The position numbers and the translations under genes were made by a program. From positions 124,001-188,000 of the forward strand of contig JBODTK010000015.1 of the NCBI GenBank assembly GCA_050613775.1: a DNA stretch of 64,000 nt, given 5' to 3'. Positions 14,136 through 28,234 of the stretch are shown piece by piece; positions within the stretch are counted from its first letter, which is position 1, and every line of letters starts with the position of its first letter. Under the pieces are notes generated by a model. The model did not search any database. It saw only the letters and a program-made list of their open reading frames with translations, and was not told the DNA's origin. Source of the DNA: Neocallimastix sp. 'constans'. Lineage: Eukaryota.

Positions 14136-15177
14136 ATATATTAATTTCAATATGTTAATAATATTTAGTCAACTAGTTGACCTAGACTATTTCCTAAATA
14201 TTTTAATAATAATTATTATATTATTAATTATTAATATTGAAATTCAAATAACTGAATTATTGAAATTGAAATTGAAATTCAGTTATTATCTTAACAATGC
14301 CCTTCCACAAAAATCGGATTCCAGACGATTTGTGTAACATTGTTAAAAAAAATTTTTAATTTTTTAAAGTTATTAAGGAATTAAAAGGTCACTTGAATCC
14401 TTTGGAGAAGACTTTTTAAGTGACAATTTCGTGAAATTTGAAATTTGTCAAAAATTGTTAAAATTAAAATTTTATTATAAAATTCAATATTTTGAAATGT
14501 GTTGGTACCATTTTTAAAATATATTCCCTTGTAAATTTTTGAAATTGAAATTTTGAAATTTAATTGAAATTAACATTTCAATTTTTACTATTAACTTTGA
14601 AATTATTGAAAATTTTAAAAATATAGTAAATAATAAATATATTAAAATATAAAATTAATATTAAATCGTTAAATATATAATTTTTATTAAATTTTGAAAT
14701 TTCGTAAAGTGAAATTTTTAAATGTCGAAATTTGAAATTTTAAAATTTATAATTTCTAATTTTCTAAATTTTGAAATTGTAATTGAAAATTTTATCAATT
14801 TAATTATTGAATATATTATAATATTCAATTTAGTATATTATTAATCTTGATAATTATGAAAGCGTCCTTATCATAATTATCATTTTATCATCGAAGAATA
14901 TTATAGAGAAAAGCGTCCTTTTCAATATAATATTAAACAAATTTTAATCTATTAAATTTCAAATATTGAATCAATTTAGAATGCTCCTCCTTCCTTCTTT
15001 CATATTATTATTTTTCTATGATTAATTCAGAAATTTAAAATTTAATAAGTTTAATGTAATTTTGCTATTTATATATTTATAATTGATGTTTAAAAGAAAA
15101 TTATTATTATTGCAATTCAGTCGAAGAGAATATTTATTTATTTAAAATATAGAATTGATTGATTTTATGTAATAGAA

Positions 15178-15208
<31 letters not shown>

Positions 15209-17392
15209 TTTAAATTTTAAATTATAAAATTGTATATATTTATTAGTATATAACGTTTTTGGAATTTTAACGATTGTTTTAAAAAATATAATTTTGATTA
15301 TTTTTTGAATAATTTGTAATTATTACTTTTGTATTAATTTAATAACCATATAAGTCTTAAAATTTTAATTATAACTCTTGTAGAGAATATTTTAATTATA
15401 GCTCTTGTAAAAATATTATTAAGTGTAAAAGAAGGGAAAAGTTGATTGTTTTCAACTGTTTAATTATAATATAATTAAGGTTTTTGATTTTAAAGAAAAA
15501 TTATTAATCCCAAATATTGATTCCTACTGAATTTTTTTTATTTTTTTTTTTTTTTAATTGGAGTAATTCATTAATTGAAATGTTTTAATAATTATTTTAA
15601 TATAGATTTTGGTAAATTGATATAAAAAAAATTGATTTTAATAATTGAAAGTTTTAATGTTATGTAAAATAAAATTATAGTAGTTTATTTTATATCCAAA
15701 TTTAGTATTATTAAAATTAAAGTTATTTATTAATAACTATAATTAATTATTAATGTATATTCAAATGTAAATAATAATCGAAGATTATAAAATCTACCAG
15801 TGCAGTATCGTTTTAATTTAAATAGTAAATTAATTATTATCAATAAAGTGTTTGTTAATTGTATTATTCTTCGTATTTACATGATATGGTGGAGAAAAAT
15901 CTGATTCATGAGAATGTGCCTTTATTTTTCTCATTTTAGACTTGGAAATGATGATCTTTAAGACAAATGAAATTAATACTACAACTGTTTTACTAATATA
16001 ATTTTTATAATTGTGGTTTGAGATACTTGTTTCTAGTTTTGGTTTAACCTTGGTAACACTAATGTTGTTCTTATATGTTAAATTTTCACCTTGATTTATG
16101 TTATATTTAACTTTCAATTTATTATTAACCTTCTTAATTATATTTATTTTAGAATATTTATTATATTTATTTGTTATTTCTTTATTATTTTCATTAATAT
16201 TTAATTGATTGTTATAAGTAAAATAAACTTGATTTTTGCTAGAAATTTCATTATTGAAAGATTGATTTTCCTTAATGGATTGATTTTTTATAGAATTAAT
16301 ATTATTCCTCGAATTTTCGGAAGTCTTGATTTGGATAGATTCTTTATTAATGTTTTTATCTTTATTAATCACATTAATTCTATTATAAGCGTTTCCTTTT
16401 GATTTTCTATAACCTATTTTAGGATCTATATATTTGAAAGACCTATTTAGCTTAATACAATATAACGAATTAGTTTTATTTTGTAGAAGTATTTTATTGA
16501 TTTGATCTAAGACATTCTGAGCAGTATTCGTATCTATAGAACGATTTTCTATTAACTTTAGGATTTTAGACCTAAGGGCGCAAGCCTGTTTTTGGGCTTT
16601 AATAATTATTGATAACTGAGCATTAACTTCATTTGTAACTTTATTAACAAACCCATTGTATTCTTCAATAGTAACGTAATCTTTCTTTATTTCTTTTAGT
16701 TTCTTTGTATCATCTATTGTAAATGATACAGTAGTAGCGTTACTAATTATTTTAGACATCTTGAGGCAATCGATAGATTGTTGGTAGGATTATTGTCAAA
16801 GTTTTGTGATAATTTGGTCTTAACGATTAGGTCAAGATGCCAAATTATAGTAATTAATTAATAATTTAAATTTACTCTTATTTAAAACATATTATTATTA
16901 GTAAATTTTATAAATAAGTTTTATTTAAAATATAAATTTTATTTAATCTTAATAATATTTTATTACATTATTATTTTATATAATTATTACTATAATTTAA
17001 ATTACAATAATCCTACAAAGGATTAATCAAAAGATTTAAACATGTATTTATATAAAATAATTAATTATTAAAATATTAATTATTAATATGAATATGCAAT
17101 AGTATTAATATATAAGTTTGATATTGATAATATAAAGTAAGATAATAATATAATAATATAAATATTTAATATAAATAAAATATAAGAATATGTAGAAATT
17201 AATTTAATATGACAATCACGTGTTTACATTATTTAATATATATTAATTTCAATATGTTAATAATATTTAGTCAATTAGTTGACCTAGACTATTTCCTAAA
17301 TATTTTAATAATAATTATTATATTATTAATTATTAATATTGAAATTCAAATAACTGAATTATTGAAATTGAAATTCAGTTATTATCTTAACA
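14136..17392 (-). mobile_element. Non-autonomous LTR element 'A', copy 2 (5' LTR about 16846-17392, PBS about 16830-16842, ORF, PPT about 14297-14308, 3' LTR remnant 14136-14296)
   Basis: 14136-14296 is a near-identical direct repeat of about 17238-17392, both starting TGTTAAGATAAT on the minus strand. Purine tract GTGGAAGGGCA precedes the 3' copy. No pol. Confidence 0.8.
15830..16759 (-). CDS. Orphan ORF of element A (309 aa), diverged homolog of 587-1378
   Basis: Intact ORF in the same position after the PBS; shared motifs. Confidence 0.7.
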   Translation of the reverse strand: MSKIISNATTVSFTIDDTKKLKEIKKDYVTIEEYNGFVNKVTNEVNAQLSIIIKAQKQACALRSKILKLIENRSIDTNTAQNVLDQINKILLQNKTNSLYCIKLNRSFKYIDPKIGYRKSKGNAYNRINVINKDKNINKESIQIKTSENSRNNINSIKNQSIKENQSFNNEISSKNQVYFTYNNQLNINENNKEITNKYNKYSKINIIKKVNNKLKVKYNINQGENLTYKNNISVTKVKPKLETSISNHNYKNYISKTVVVLISFVLKIIISKSKMRKIKAHSHESDFSPPYHVNTKNNTINKHFIDNN

Positions 17393-18309
17393 TTAATAAT
17401 AATAAAATAAAAACTATTATTAAATTTTATTATTAAATATTCTTTTATTAATATCAAATCTAATAAAAATTATTATTAAATATTCTAATAAAAATCTTTT
17501 ATTAATATCAAATATAATAAAAATTATTATTAAATATTCTAATAAAAATCTTTTATTAATATTAAATATAATAAAAATTATTATTAAATATTCTAATAAA
17601 AATCTTTTATTAATATTAAATATAATAAAAATTATTACTAAATATTCTTATTAAAAACTATATATAATTTAAATCATTACTAATTCTTATTTTTATATTA
17701 AGTATAATAAAAACCTATTTCAATAAATATTTGATATAAAATACAGAATTATAAGTTTCTGTATAATATTTTCTAAAACTTTGAAATAAACTAAAAATAA
17801 AACAAAAATCAAAAATAAATTAAATCTTTATTAAAATAAAAATGAACTAAAATACAGAAGAATTTCAATAATAAAAATGATCTTAAATACAGAAAATATC
17901 AATTCTGTATAATTCTCTCTCTGAAAAACAATATCAAGAAGAAGCTACCGCCCGGAATGCCCTTCGTGATACAATCTCTAAATTAATTTTTATTTAATTA
18001 ATATTATTTTATTTTTTAAAAAATAATTTAAAATAATAGTTAAAAATTAAAATAAAATAATTATAATAGTTTTTTTTATAAAGAATATATTAATAATAAA
18101 AATAAAATGTATTAAAATAAAAGTATAAAAAGAAGATTAAATTTCTTTCTTTTTAATACTTGGAACAAATAATTTTAATTTTAAATTTAAATAAAGAATA
18201 TTTTAAAATTTAATTTTTTTCTTGTTTCCAAATTTATTTTTATAGTTATATGTTAATATTTATTTTTTTTGTTTTGAATATCTTAGTGTTTCAACCCCAG
18301 CCCGTATCA
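17393..18309 (+). repeat. LTR-like repeat 'B', copy 2, with about four ~51-bp tandem units at 17460-17660; ends in CA before a PBS-like site
   Basis: Ends CCCGTATCA; TGGTACGGTGCCG starts at 18314. Confidence 0.72.
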
Positions 18310-18672
18310 TAATTGGTACGGTGCCGAATTAAATTTTTAATATAAATATATTTATTTCCTTACTTGGAGAACTTTCTTATGTTCTATTACTGCCAAATTA
18401 TTACTAATAATATATTTATTATTATTAATATAAATTCTTTATCAATATCAATACTTTATTATTAAAATTAATACTATATTATTAATATCAATATTATTAT
18501 CAATATCTAGTTTTATTAATATGATTTATTCAAATAATAAAGGTCACTTTACAAATATTTTAATAAGTAATAAAGTGGTCTTGTTTGTATAAATTTTTCT
18601 TTAAACTAGTGTGTTCGGAGAGAAATTTATCAATAATAATAATAATAATATAAAATTTTAATAATATTAAAA

Positions 18673-18709
<37 letters not shown>

Positions 18710-19014
18710 ATAGTTTTTATATAAATTTATTTTTTTTTTAACTTTTTGAGAATAATAAAACCAAAAAATATAAAAATTCATGTACAGTGTTTAAACCGTA
18801 AGAAAATTAATTAATTAATTAATAAGTTTAGGTAATTACAATTTATTATTAAATTTAGGTTTTTAATTGAAGTCCGTTGTAGGTGCGGTTTTCCGTCCCG
18901 GAGTAATAATTATACTCCTCAAAATACTTAATATATTAACTATTCAAGTGTTGGCAGGGTTTCCGGCCAAGATCGAGCCATGGCGAATAATGAACTTATT
19001 TCACCAAAGTTTTA

Positions 19015-19051
<37 letters not shown>

Positions 19052-19320
19052 ATTATTATATTAATATGAAATAACGTCTCATCAGCAACTATAAATTCAG
19101 ATGAAAGTTTTCTGTTTATTAATATTTCAATCCAATAATAGTTTATTTTTAAATTTAATCATTTCAATATTTAATCTAATTAAGAAAGTTAAAAAAAAAT
19201 GCAAATTAATTCATCCATCCATCAATTTAAAAAATAAATAAATAATTGATAATAAACTTAATATATAAATAAAAATTCATCTATCCATCCATCAATTAAT
19301 CAATTCATTAAAATTTCAAA

Positions 19321-20150
19321 ATGAAAATATTAGAATTAGAAAGACTTTTCCCTAGGCTTAATGAAAATGTAAGAGACATCAGCTCATGAATTTTTTCCAA
19401 AATAATGTTTCTGGCGGATATATCTAATCCATAAAATATACTTTCATGAGCTACAGAATATGTTGATGGTAAATTGAAAGGAACCTAACAAGAGCTACTT
19501 ATTATGGATGAAGATGACAATGATATTTACCCATTCATTAAGGAAATCAAAGAAGCTATCGAAAATGAGCCTCAAGAAAAAAGTAAAAGACTACAAAGAA
19601 CAAAAATTAGTATAAAGAATTTTAATTGGGGATATAAGAAAATTTAAAATAACTTACCTAAAATATATCAATCATTTAATTACAGTTGAAGACTACGCTG
19701 ATTCATTAATTTATCGTTCATACGCTTGATCTCAGGTCATAACTCAAAAATGTTTAGAGTTGGAAGATGCTTTTGAAGAAACTGAATTAGCAGAAAGAAC
19801 CTATGAAATTGGAGATACTACTAACGAAATCGTAATGACCAGAGAATTTAATTCCTAACCATTTTATTATAAAAATAGTGTTCGTTTTTTTTTTTTTTAA
19901 GCAATTCAATTCACCAATTTTATAATCAGAATTACAATCAAAGTTATAATCAACATTATAATCAAAAATATAATAGATAATAATTATTCAATTCATACAA
20001 TAAAAAGAATCAATCAAACTATCAAAATTATAATGAAAATAATGAATTCCAGTATGGTTTTTGTAATTTAAAATAATTGACAATAATAAAAGAACAGACA
20101 ATAGAAATGAATTTGTGTAAAATATAACAATCCAGAAAATGTTAAACAAG
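19321..20150 (+). pseudogene. Heavily decayed Gypsy gag related to 3392-4138
   Basis: EDYADSL...LEDAFEETELAE resembles LDYANSL...ITKAFAIAEK; many stops; PPT-like AAAGGGGAA near 20274. Confidence 0.55.
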
Positions 20151-20285
20151 ATTTTAATAGTACAAGACTTTTAGTGAAACAAAAAGTAATACTCAAAATA
20201 AAGGATATAAATAAATTCAGAAAAAAGATCATAGGCAATGAACCTTACCTCCAAGATTATAAGGTTCCTGTTTAAAGGGGAATTA

Positions 20286-21318
20286 TTATTCCAGATTAGG
20301 GTTTGAATTGACTCTCTGAAAGAAATTATGACCTTCTCCTTCATAGGCATTGGCCCTGCTAGTCTGTCTTACCGCATATTCAGAGTTGACGCTCCTGGTT
20401 AATTTGCGCTTATGCCGTCGGAAAAGACATCCTTGTGGAGTACTAGTCCTTGGCATAATTTCTGTAAAGAGAGTCGCAGATCGCACCAAGAATAGCATTT
20501 TTAAAATAATCACCAGAAAAGATTTGGTTCTTAAACCAAAATATTCCATTCCTTTTTATAATTTAAGCCAATAATATATGCATCCCTTCCACCAAGAAGG
20601 AAGTTATATAATTGGTACCACATCACATATATATTTACACACTCATTATCCAGAAAATTAATGAAATTAACATGATTTTCACCAGTTGACCTATTCACCA
20701 TATTATTAGTAACGATACTATTATTATCACTATCACTAATATTAATATTCTTATTTTTACTATCACTAACACTACTATTATTAATAATATAATATATCTG
20801 TTGTTATTATTATTAATATTATACTCTTCGTTACTACTATCAGAATCAGTACTTGATTCACCATTATTCACATCTGTCACAACAGTATTTACATTACTAT
20901 TAGGTATTGGACAATATTTACTAATTACAAAAAAAAAAAAAAAAATAAAAAAAATAAATTTTCATAAAGGATATCAATATCCATAAAAATATTTCATTCG
21001 AAATTCACAGAAAAGATAGTACTAAGAAAACTATTGATCTAATCGAGGATTACTATTTTCTCTATAATAAGGGAGACACCGTTCTGGAAAGTCGTCTTCA
21101 ACCCTATTGGCAGTTTTGGCAATAACAAGTATCGAATTTATATCCAGACATCTGGGACGAAGTACCCATTGGAAACCAATATTATATTCAAGGATACTTA
21201 AAAAGTTGAGCTTCAAGGAGTCTCTTAGTTTTTCTCAAATTTTTATTTTTACTTTAATAAGCCTTAGCCTTGATTGATTTTCCTGCCCCTGTCTCTATCC
21301 CAGTAAAAATTAGCCATT

Positions 21319-21351
<33 letters not shown>

Positions 21352-22390
21352 GAAATTTATCTAAGTTTGTATGCTAAAATTTTTTTAACTTTCTTTTACC
21401 TATGTATGGCATCTACAATGTGATATATTTTCAAAGTAAAACAGAGATGATATATTTTCGAGTTTTTACTTTTTTTTTTTTTTTTAAATAGTCTAATCTG
21501 AGCAATTTCACATTTCGCACGAAAGAGGGGGGAATGTTAAAGTTCTTTTTGAGAACAAAATAAAGGGATGTTGAGCTATTAATTCCCATTAGATAAATAC
21601 CTTCAATCCAGTATAAAAATCCTGAATTAACTAGTAGTTCTGGGGTACTTCTCATTCTTTCTTTGTAAGATCCAAAAATAGAGGTGCATAATACGAAACT
21701 TGCCCAAATACTATAAACAGAAAATAACCATTTTTTTTTTTTTAAAGGATAAGAATATAAGGATTCTATAAGAAATCCTTTTTTTATAGAATAAAGTGTT
21801 TTTCTAACGTTTTATTATTCATTCTCTGTATAATTAGTTTCAATTCTAAATCATTTGAAAATAGGTACACCTAATAGATATAGCAATTCGTTTTAAGTAA
21901 CACTTGACTTGAAAAATAAAAGGTAGAGTTACTGTTATTAAGAAATCATGAAACTTTCCCTCATACTACTAAATTTATACATTTATTAATATCAAATTGT
22001 ATTTTATTATTTTTAGCTCATATACTTTCTCAATTTAACAATCTCTTAAGTCGAGATCTTGTTGGAAGACATAACACAATGTCATCTGTAAAGATATTTC
22101 TACAACGGGCATTTTATCACCAATAGAGGTTCTCATATTTATTACATTTATTAAAAATGTCATTAATAAACAAAAAAAAAAAAAAATTAGTGAGAAGGGA
22201 CAACCTTGAAGAACACCCATCATAATATTAAATGATTCCGATAATTGTTCATTAACCTTTACATAAAGCCTTGGAAGATAAGTATAAGATTTCAATAAAA
22301 TTATAGCATTTATCTCTGAGACCTAAGTGATGAATCTTCATTAATACATTATATATAAAGAGAAACTGACTCATACGCTATTTTAAGGTC

Positions 22391-22430
<40 letters not shown>

Positions 22431-24900
22431 AAGGTACCTATCTTTATTTTCAAATTTCCGTCCCTGAACATATGATTCTTAATTAAGTGTAAAGACTTAA
22501 ACATTCTTCTCGGTTACGAAAATCCAAAAATTGTTCTAGTCTAATAAATCCTTTTTATCAATTCCATATATAGTGATTCTATTAGTGATGTTTTTAGCCA
22601 CAAAATTTTTAACCCAGTATTGATAAGAGAAATGCCGCGATAGTTATTACAATTCGAAGGATCATCTTTTTTATGAATAGAAACTATTAATGAGTTATTC
22701 CATGTTTCTTTGGAAAATCACCATTCCAAATACCGTTGATTAAGGCCTTGAAACATTTAAAACAAGATGAAATATTACTATTATTTTCACTAGATTCTTC
22801 TGAATCATCTTTTACCGGGGAATCAAAGCCTTGAAGAATTTCATTGGAATCCCTATCAGTACCACAAGCTTTAAAGTTAGGGGTAGATGAGATCACCTTG
22901 CTAAGTTCTTCATCGCCTAAATTTTGGTTAATTTCCCACAATTATTACGTTGCTTCAGATTTCCCAAATTCCTAAGTGCTTCCAGAAATTTTTAGTAAAC
23001 TATGACCTGAAGAATCCGACGCTAGGAATTTATAATGAGAATACCAAGCTTTTAATTTTTTCATCTGTGAAAGATACTAATTCATTATTATTATTATTAT
23101 AATTATTATTTAATAGGATGAAAGACCATGAAAGGATGGATAATTTTATTTAATTTTTTTTTTACGCATTTCCATACTTTTCTAATCTATCAATTTTTAA
23201 AGAGCTAAAGGAGCATCCAATTTTTTATCTAATAAAAATATTCTTTTTTTTTTTTTTTTTTCAAAATTCATTATATTTTTTTATATGAATTGATTCATAT
23301 AATCTATTATACGAGTCAACAATTTTTAACAAATTCATTGGGAATCTCATTCAAGATTTATAACACATAATTTATTTATACTTTTTAAAAAAGTTTTACT
23401 TTTTGACCATAATAAGTTTTATGGGACATTCTAAACATTGATTTTCTTATTTCTGTTGACAATATAATCGATAAAATCCTTAACAATAGAATTAGTAGTG
23501 ATGATGAACTTTTTATCAATACTATCTGTTGAAAGTTCTCCATTTCCAAATTCTTCCCTAAGAATCTCAAATTTATTGTGATCACATTCTCAAGTTCAAA
23601 ACATTTATACCTATCCCACCTAACAAATTTTTTTTTTGACAAAAAAAAAAATGATAGATATGTGATAGTTCTCTTGCAATAAACAACGAGGGGTTTAAGA
23701 TCAGATACAGAAGGATAGTCAACAAAAATAAACACTTAATATTTTATCCAGTATACTTTAGTTAACTAAACGTATGATCAATATCTGATGAATATTTACC
23801 TCTAGTCCATATAAAAATTGGTGAACCAATTAATCGGGAAGAATAAATTAGTTACCAAGATTACTGTGGGTCAATTTGTTTTGTAAATCAAGGGGGGGCT
23901 TATGTTAAAAGTTTCCAAGAAGAATATATGGATGATTAATGTGATTTCCAAGGCATGTGAAAACTTCAGAAAATGCGTATTGGACTTATAATGAATGTTT
24001 CTTAGTGGGGAATTTAAGCATTACCTACAGAACACTTAAAGTAATTCCATAGATGATAGGTTGTTTAAAGACACAATATGAGAATAGGAATTATCTTCAA
24101 AAAGACTATTTGACACGAGATATGATACCCAAGATATAAACCTCTGCAATATTGGCGTATTTGGATCCATTCTTTTCAGGAAATTATTTGTAGTTGGGAA
24201 GTATTTACCTTACAAAGATATCTATCATCTTTGGTTCCATTACCTATTTTCTGAAAGCAAGATAATGGTTTTAAAAGTGATATAGAAGTATTCAATACTA
24301 TCTCTTTTCACAAAATTTCATCCATTGGTGTTTCAACTAAGAGAAAAAGGAAAACTTTTCTGTATTAGAATGAGAAATTGGAATTTGAGAGATAAGATTA
24401 AGATATATTGGGAGTATTGGGTTCATGATTGGCATTTCATAGCATTTACTAAATTAGTTGAACTGGAATTGGCTGAGTTTATATTATTGGAAGTATTTTT
24501 TGGATATTAAATTTTGATTTTAAATACTGAAAAAAAAATCTTATGATTCCATTTGGAACATCCATAATATGAAAATTCAATTCCTGATATTGTTTTTTTT
24601 TTTTTTTTTTCAAATATTTTTTCAAATTTTTCGTGGTTGAAATTTGGAGTGTATACTTTAATTCTGAAGAAACTATCATTGAATTTAGTAATTTTTTTCA
24701 CTGACAAAATATTATCTTTAAATTTTTTTCTACATCTAGAATGAATTAAATTCCTTCATTTTTAGCGTTGGTCCATGAGTGTATACCCCCCATATAAAAA
24801 TTAACCTTGTGTTGTTAAAAGATGTTCCATAACAGCAGGAAACCCCCCGTTAAATATCTTTTCTATAATGAACAACAAATTACAAAATGATAAAAATGAA
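20286..24900 (-). mobile_element. Decayed non-LTR retrotransposon (APE endonuclease plus RT)
   Basis: Endonuclease remnants LLGNFN, DIDH, SVSDLKPL; RT remnants KACGTD, YRGISLIN, GVLQGCPFS; many frameshifts. Ends approximate. Confidence 0.85.
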
Positions 24901-25926
24901 AATAGTATATACTAAAATACTAAAAACTAATTGATATGTATAAAGAATAATATAAAATGAAAAAAAAAATTAAATTTAGAAAAATTAAAAAAAAAAAAAA
25001 AAAATCAGAAAATAATGGTATTATTGTCTCTTTTTTTTTTTATTTTTATCCTGTTTTTTTTTTTTATATTGGTAATATTTAAGTAAGATAAGCATCGATA
25101 TAGAATTGTAATTGTTAATAAAAATTTTTTATTTCTTTCAAATTTTTTTTTTTGATTTTCTATTTGATTAATAAAGCTATGATTAATGTAATAATTTTCT
25201 ATAGAATAATCATATAACATATAACAACTAAAATGTAAAGATAAATAAAACATTAGTAGTGAAAGATCATAAAAAGATATTCATCCACTAAATAAAATCT
25301 TAAGCACATGCTTTGGAATGAATCAAACTCCTACGACTTCCAATTTACAATAGCTACATGAGTTTAAATAATACAATAGAAAAATACATATACAAAATAA
25401 TACAAAGGTAAAAAATATAATAAATTCATTTCAATGATAAACATGTAGAAACTACATGATATTATTAATTTTTACAACTTCAATGTTACTACATATCCAG
25501 TCTAAAACAATATAAAACATCAGGTTCACAATCTATGGTCTTCCTCTATTCCAAACTATCTCTCTTCGTACTAGAAGCCACTTAATAAAGGATAACCATG
25601 GATTATCATCAGAACTACAGAAAACTATCATTAGTACACCTGATATAGTCTATTCCTTTTCCATCGACCTTCAATGGACCTGAAAAAACAGTATATATCA
25701 TTTGGAGCATAAATTAATGATTATAATTATTTTATTTAATATTATTAAAATTTTTATAAATAATTGAAATTGAAATTAAATTGAAATTGGAAATACAGTT
25801 ATTATTTAACTTTTCAAAAAAAAAATTAAAATAATAAATAAATAAAAATAATTAAAAAAAAAATATTCGAAAAAGAGATAGTGTATGAGTGTATATATAT
25901 ATGTATAATCCTTTTTAGTAAAATAA

Positions 25927-25992
<66 letters not shown>
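25927..25992. repeat. (AAT)n microsatellite
   Basis: Direct observation. Confidence 0.95.
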
Positions 25993-26175
25993 TATAATAA
26001 ATATAATTTTTATTATAAAATTTTCAATTTTTTTTATTTTTACTTATTAGATTTTAAATTTTTATTTATTTATTTTTTTATTTATTAATTTTTTATTTAT
26101 TTATAAATTTTTCTTTATATTAATTTTTTAAATTTTTAATTATTAAAATGTTAATTTTTGTTATATATGTAAAAC

Positions 26176-26215
<40 letters not shown>

Positions 26216-26533
26216 TTCATTCATTCATTCATTCATTCATTTTTTACTTATTTATTAATTTTTTTTTATATGTTTTTATAAAGTTCTTTATTTATTAAAA
26301 TATTAATTTTTATTATATATGTAAAACATTTTTTATTTATTTATTTATTTATTTTATATTTATATTTTTTTTCTTATATATATTTATAATTGATCTTTAA
26401 TTTTCTTTTTTTTATTTCCTCCTTTTAATCTTTTTTTATTATTTATTTTTCATTTTTCATTTTTTATTTTTTTTTTTGTTTATTTTATTTATTTTATTTA
26501 AATTTTATATATATATTATCTTATTTAATTTTA

Positions 26534-27557
26534 TTAACGAAAATTTTTATTCACTGATGGTTTATTTAAAAATAAAGAAATATTATTATTTTGTTGAGGA
26601 TAGGATTCCATAGGTGATCCATTCATGGTTATCATATTATTAAAATTAGGATTTAAGGAGTCGGTAGAAAGAGACGAAGATGTATAAGAACGAGGAAGAG
26701 ATGGAACTGTTTGATGAGGTTCTGGTGGTGGTGGAGGTTGTTGTGGAATGGATTGATTTGAAAAGCGTTTTGAATTAATATTACCTAATGATTGTGAAGA
26801 ATTAGGTAGATTTGGTAATCCTCTATCTATTCTTTCTACAGGTAGGGAATGTACTGAAAAATGTTTATTTAAAGGTATGGCAGATACTGGTGATTGTTGA
26901 TTCATTGAATTTGGATCAATATTCAAACCAGGTGGATGATTATTAGTAGTAGTAATTGGCTATTATTATATTAATTTTAAAATTTATCAATGTTTTTAAA
27001 TTATATAATTATGATTATATATAAAGAAAAAAAGATATATAGATTAAAAAATAAAAAATAAAAATAAAAAAAAAAAAAAGGTTAATATAAATTTTAATAA
27101 TAAAATATTTAAAATTATATATATATATATATTATTAAATATATGAAATAAATATTAAATTTTATTTTAAAAATAATAAATGATAATATAAGGATTTTTA
27201 ACAAATTTAATGGTAAAATAATAATTATAATAATAATAATTAATTAATTAATGAAACAATAAAAATAATAACAATAATAGAATATTATATAATAAATATA
27301 TATATATTTTTTTTAAAAAAAATAAATAAAATAAATAAAATAAAAAACTATTTATCAAAATAAAATAAAGATAAAAAAAAAATAATAATAATAAAAATAA
27401 AAATAAATTATATAATATATATAAATATATCTATAATTTTATTGTATATATAATATATAACTATTACAATAAAATAGGATATTTTATATTATATAATATA
27501 TTCATTGATTACTTAATGATCAATATTGTTATATATATATTATGATAATGATGATAA

Positions 27558-27600
<43 letters not shown>

Positions 27601-28052
27601 TTCTTATCTTTTTTTTTTATTATTTTAATAATCACACTATTTGTAATTTGTAATTGAACAAGTGATTATTATTACTATCATTATTATTATTATTGTTGTT
27701 GTTATTATTGTTATTATCATTATCATTATTTATCAATTTCAATATAATGCATTATTATATGTAATGATGAATTATTATTATTATTATTATTATCAATGTC
27801 ATTATTATCATTTATTAATTTCAATATAATGTATTATATTATTATATGTAATCTACGAATTATTGTTATTATTATAATTATTTATACTATAGTTACATTG
27901 ATCGTTATATATTGACTTTTGATTTAAATTTTTTTTTTTTTGGTTGTTATTATTATTGTTGTTGTTATTATTATTATAAATAAATAATATTTTATAGTAA
28001 CAATAGTGATATATATTTTTGTATTTTTAAAATATTTTTGTTATAAATAAAA

Positions 28053-28095
<43 letters not shown>

Positions 28096-28168
28096 GAAAA
28101 AAATAAAAAAAGGTAAAAAAGAAAAATAAAATAAATGAAATATAAAAAAATATATATAGAAAAAAGAG

Positions 28169-28234
<66 letters not shown>

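Noticed and set aside
14152..14337. Duplicated small ORF (also 17209-17436)
   Set aside because: It lies antisense within the LTR copies; the identity reflects LTR duplication.
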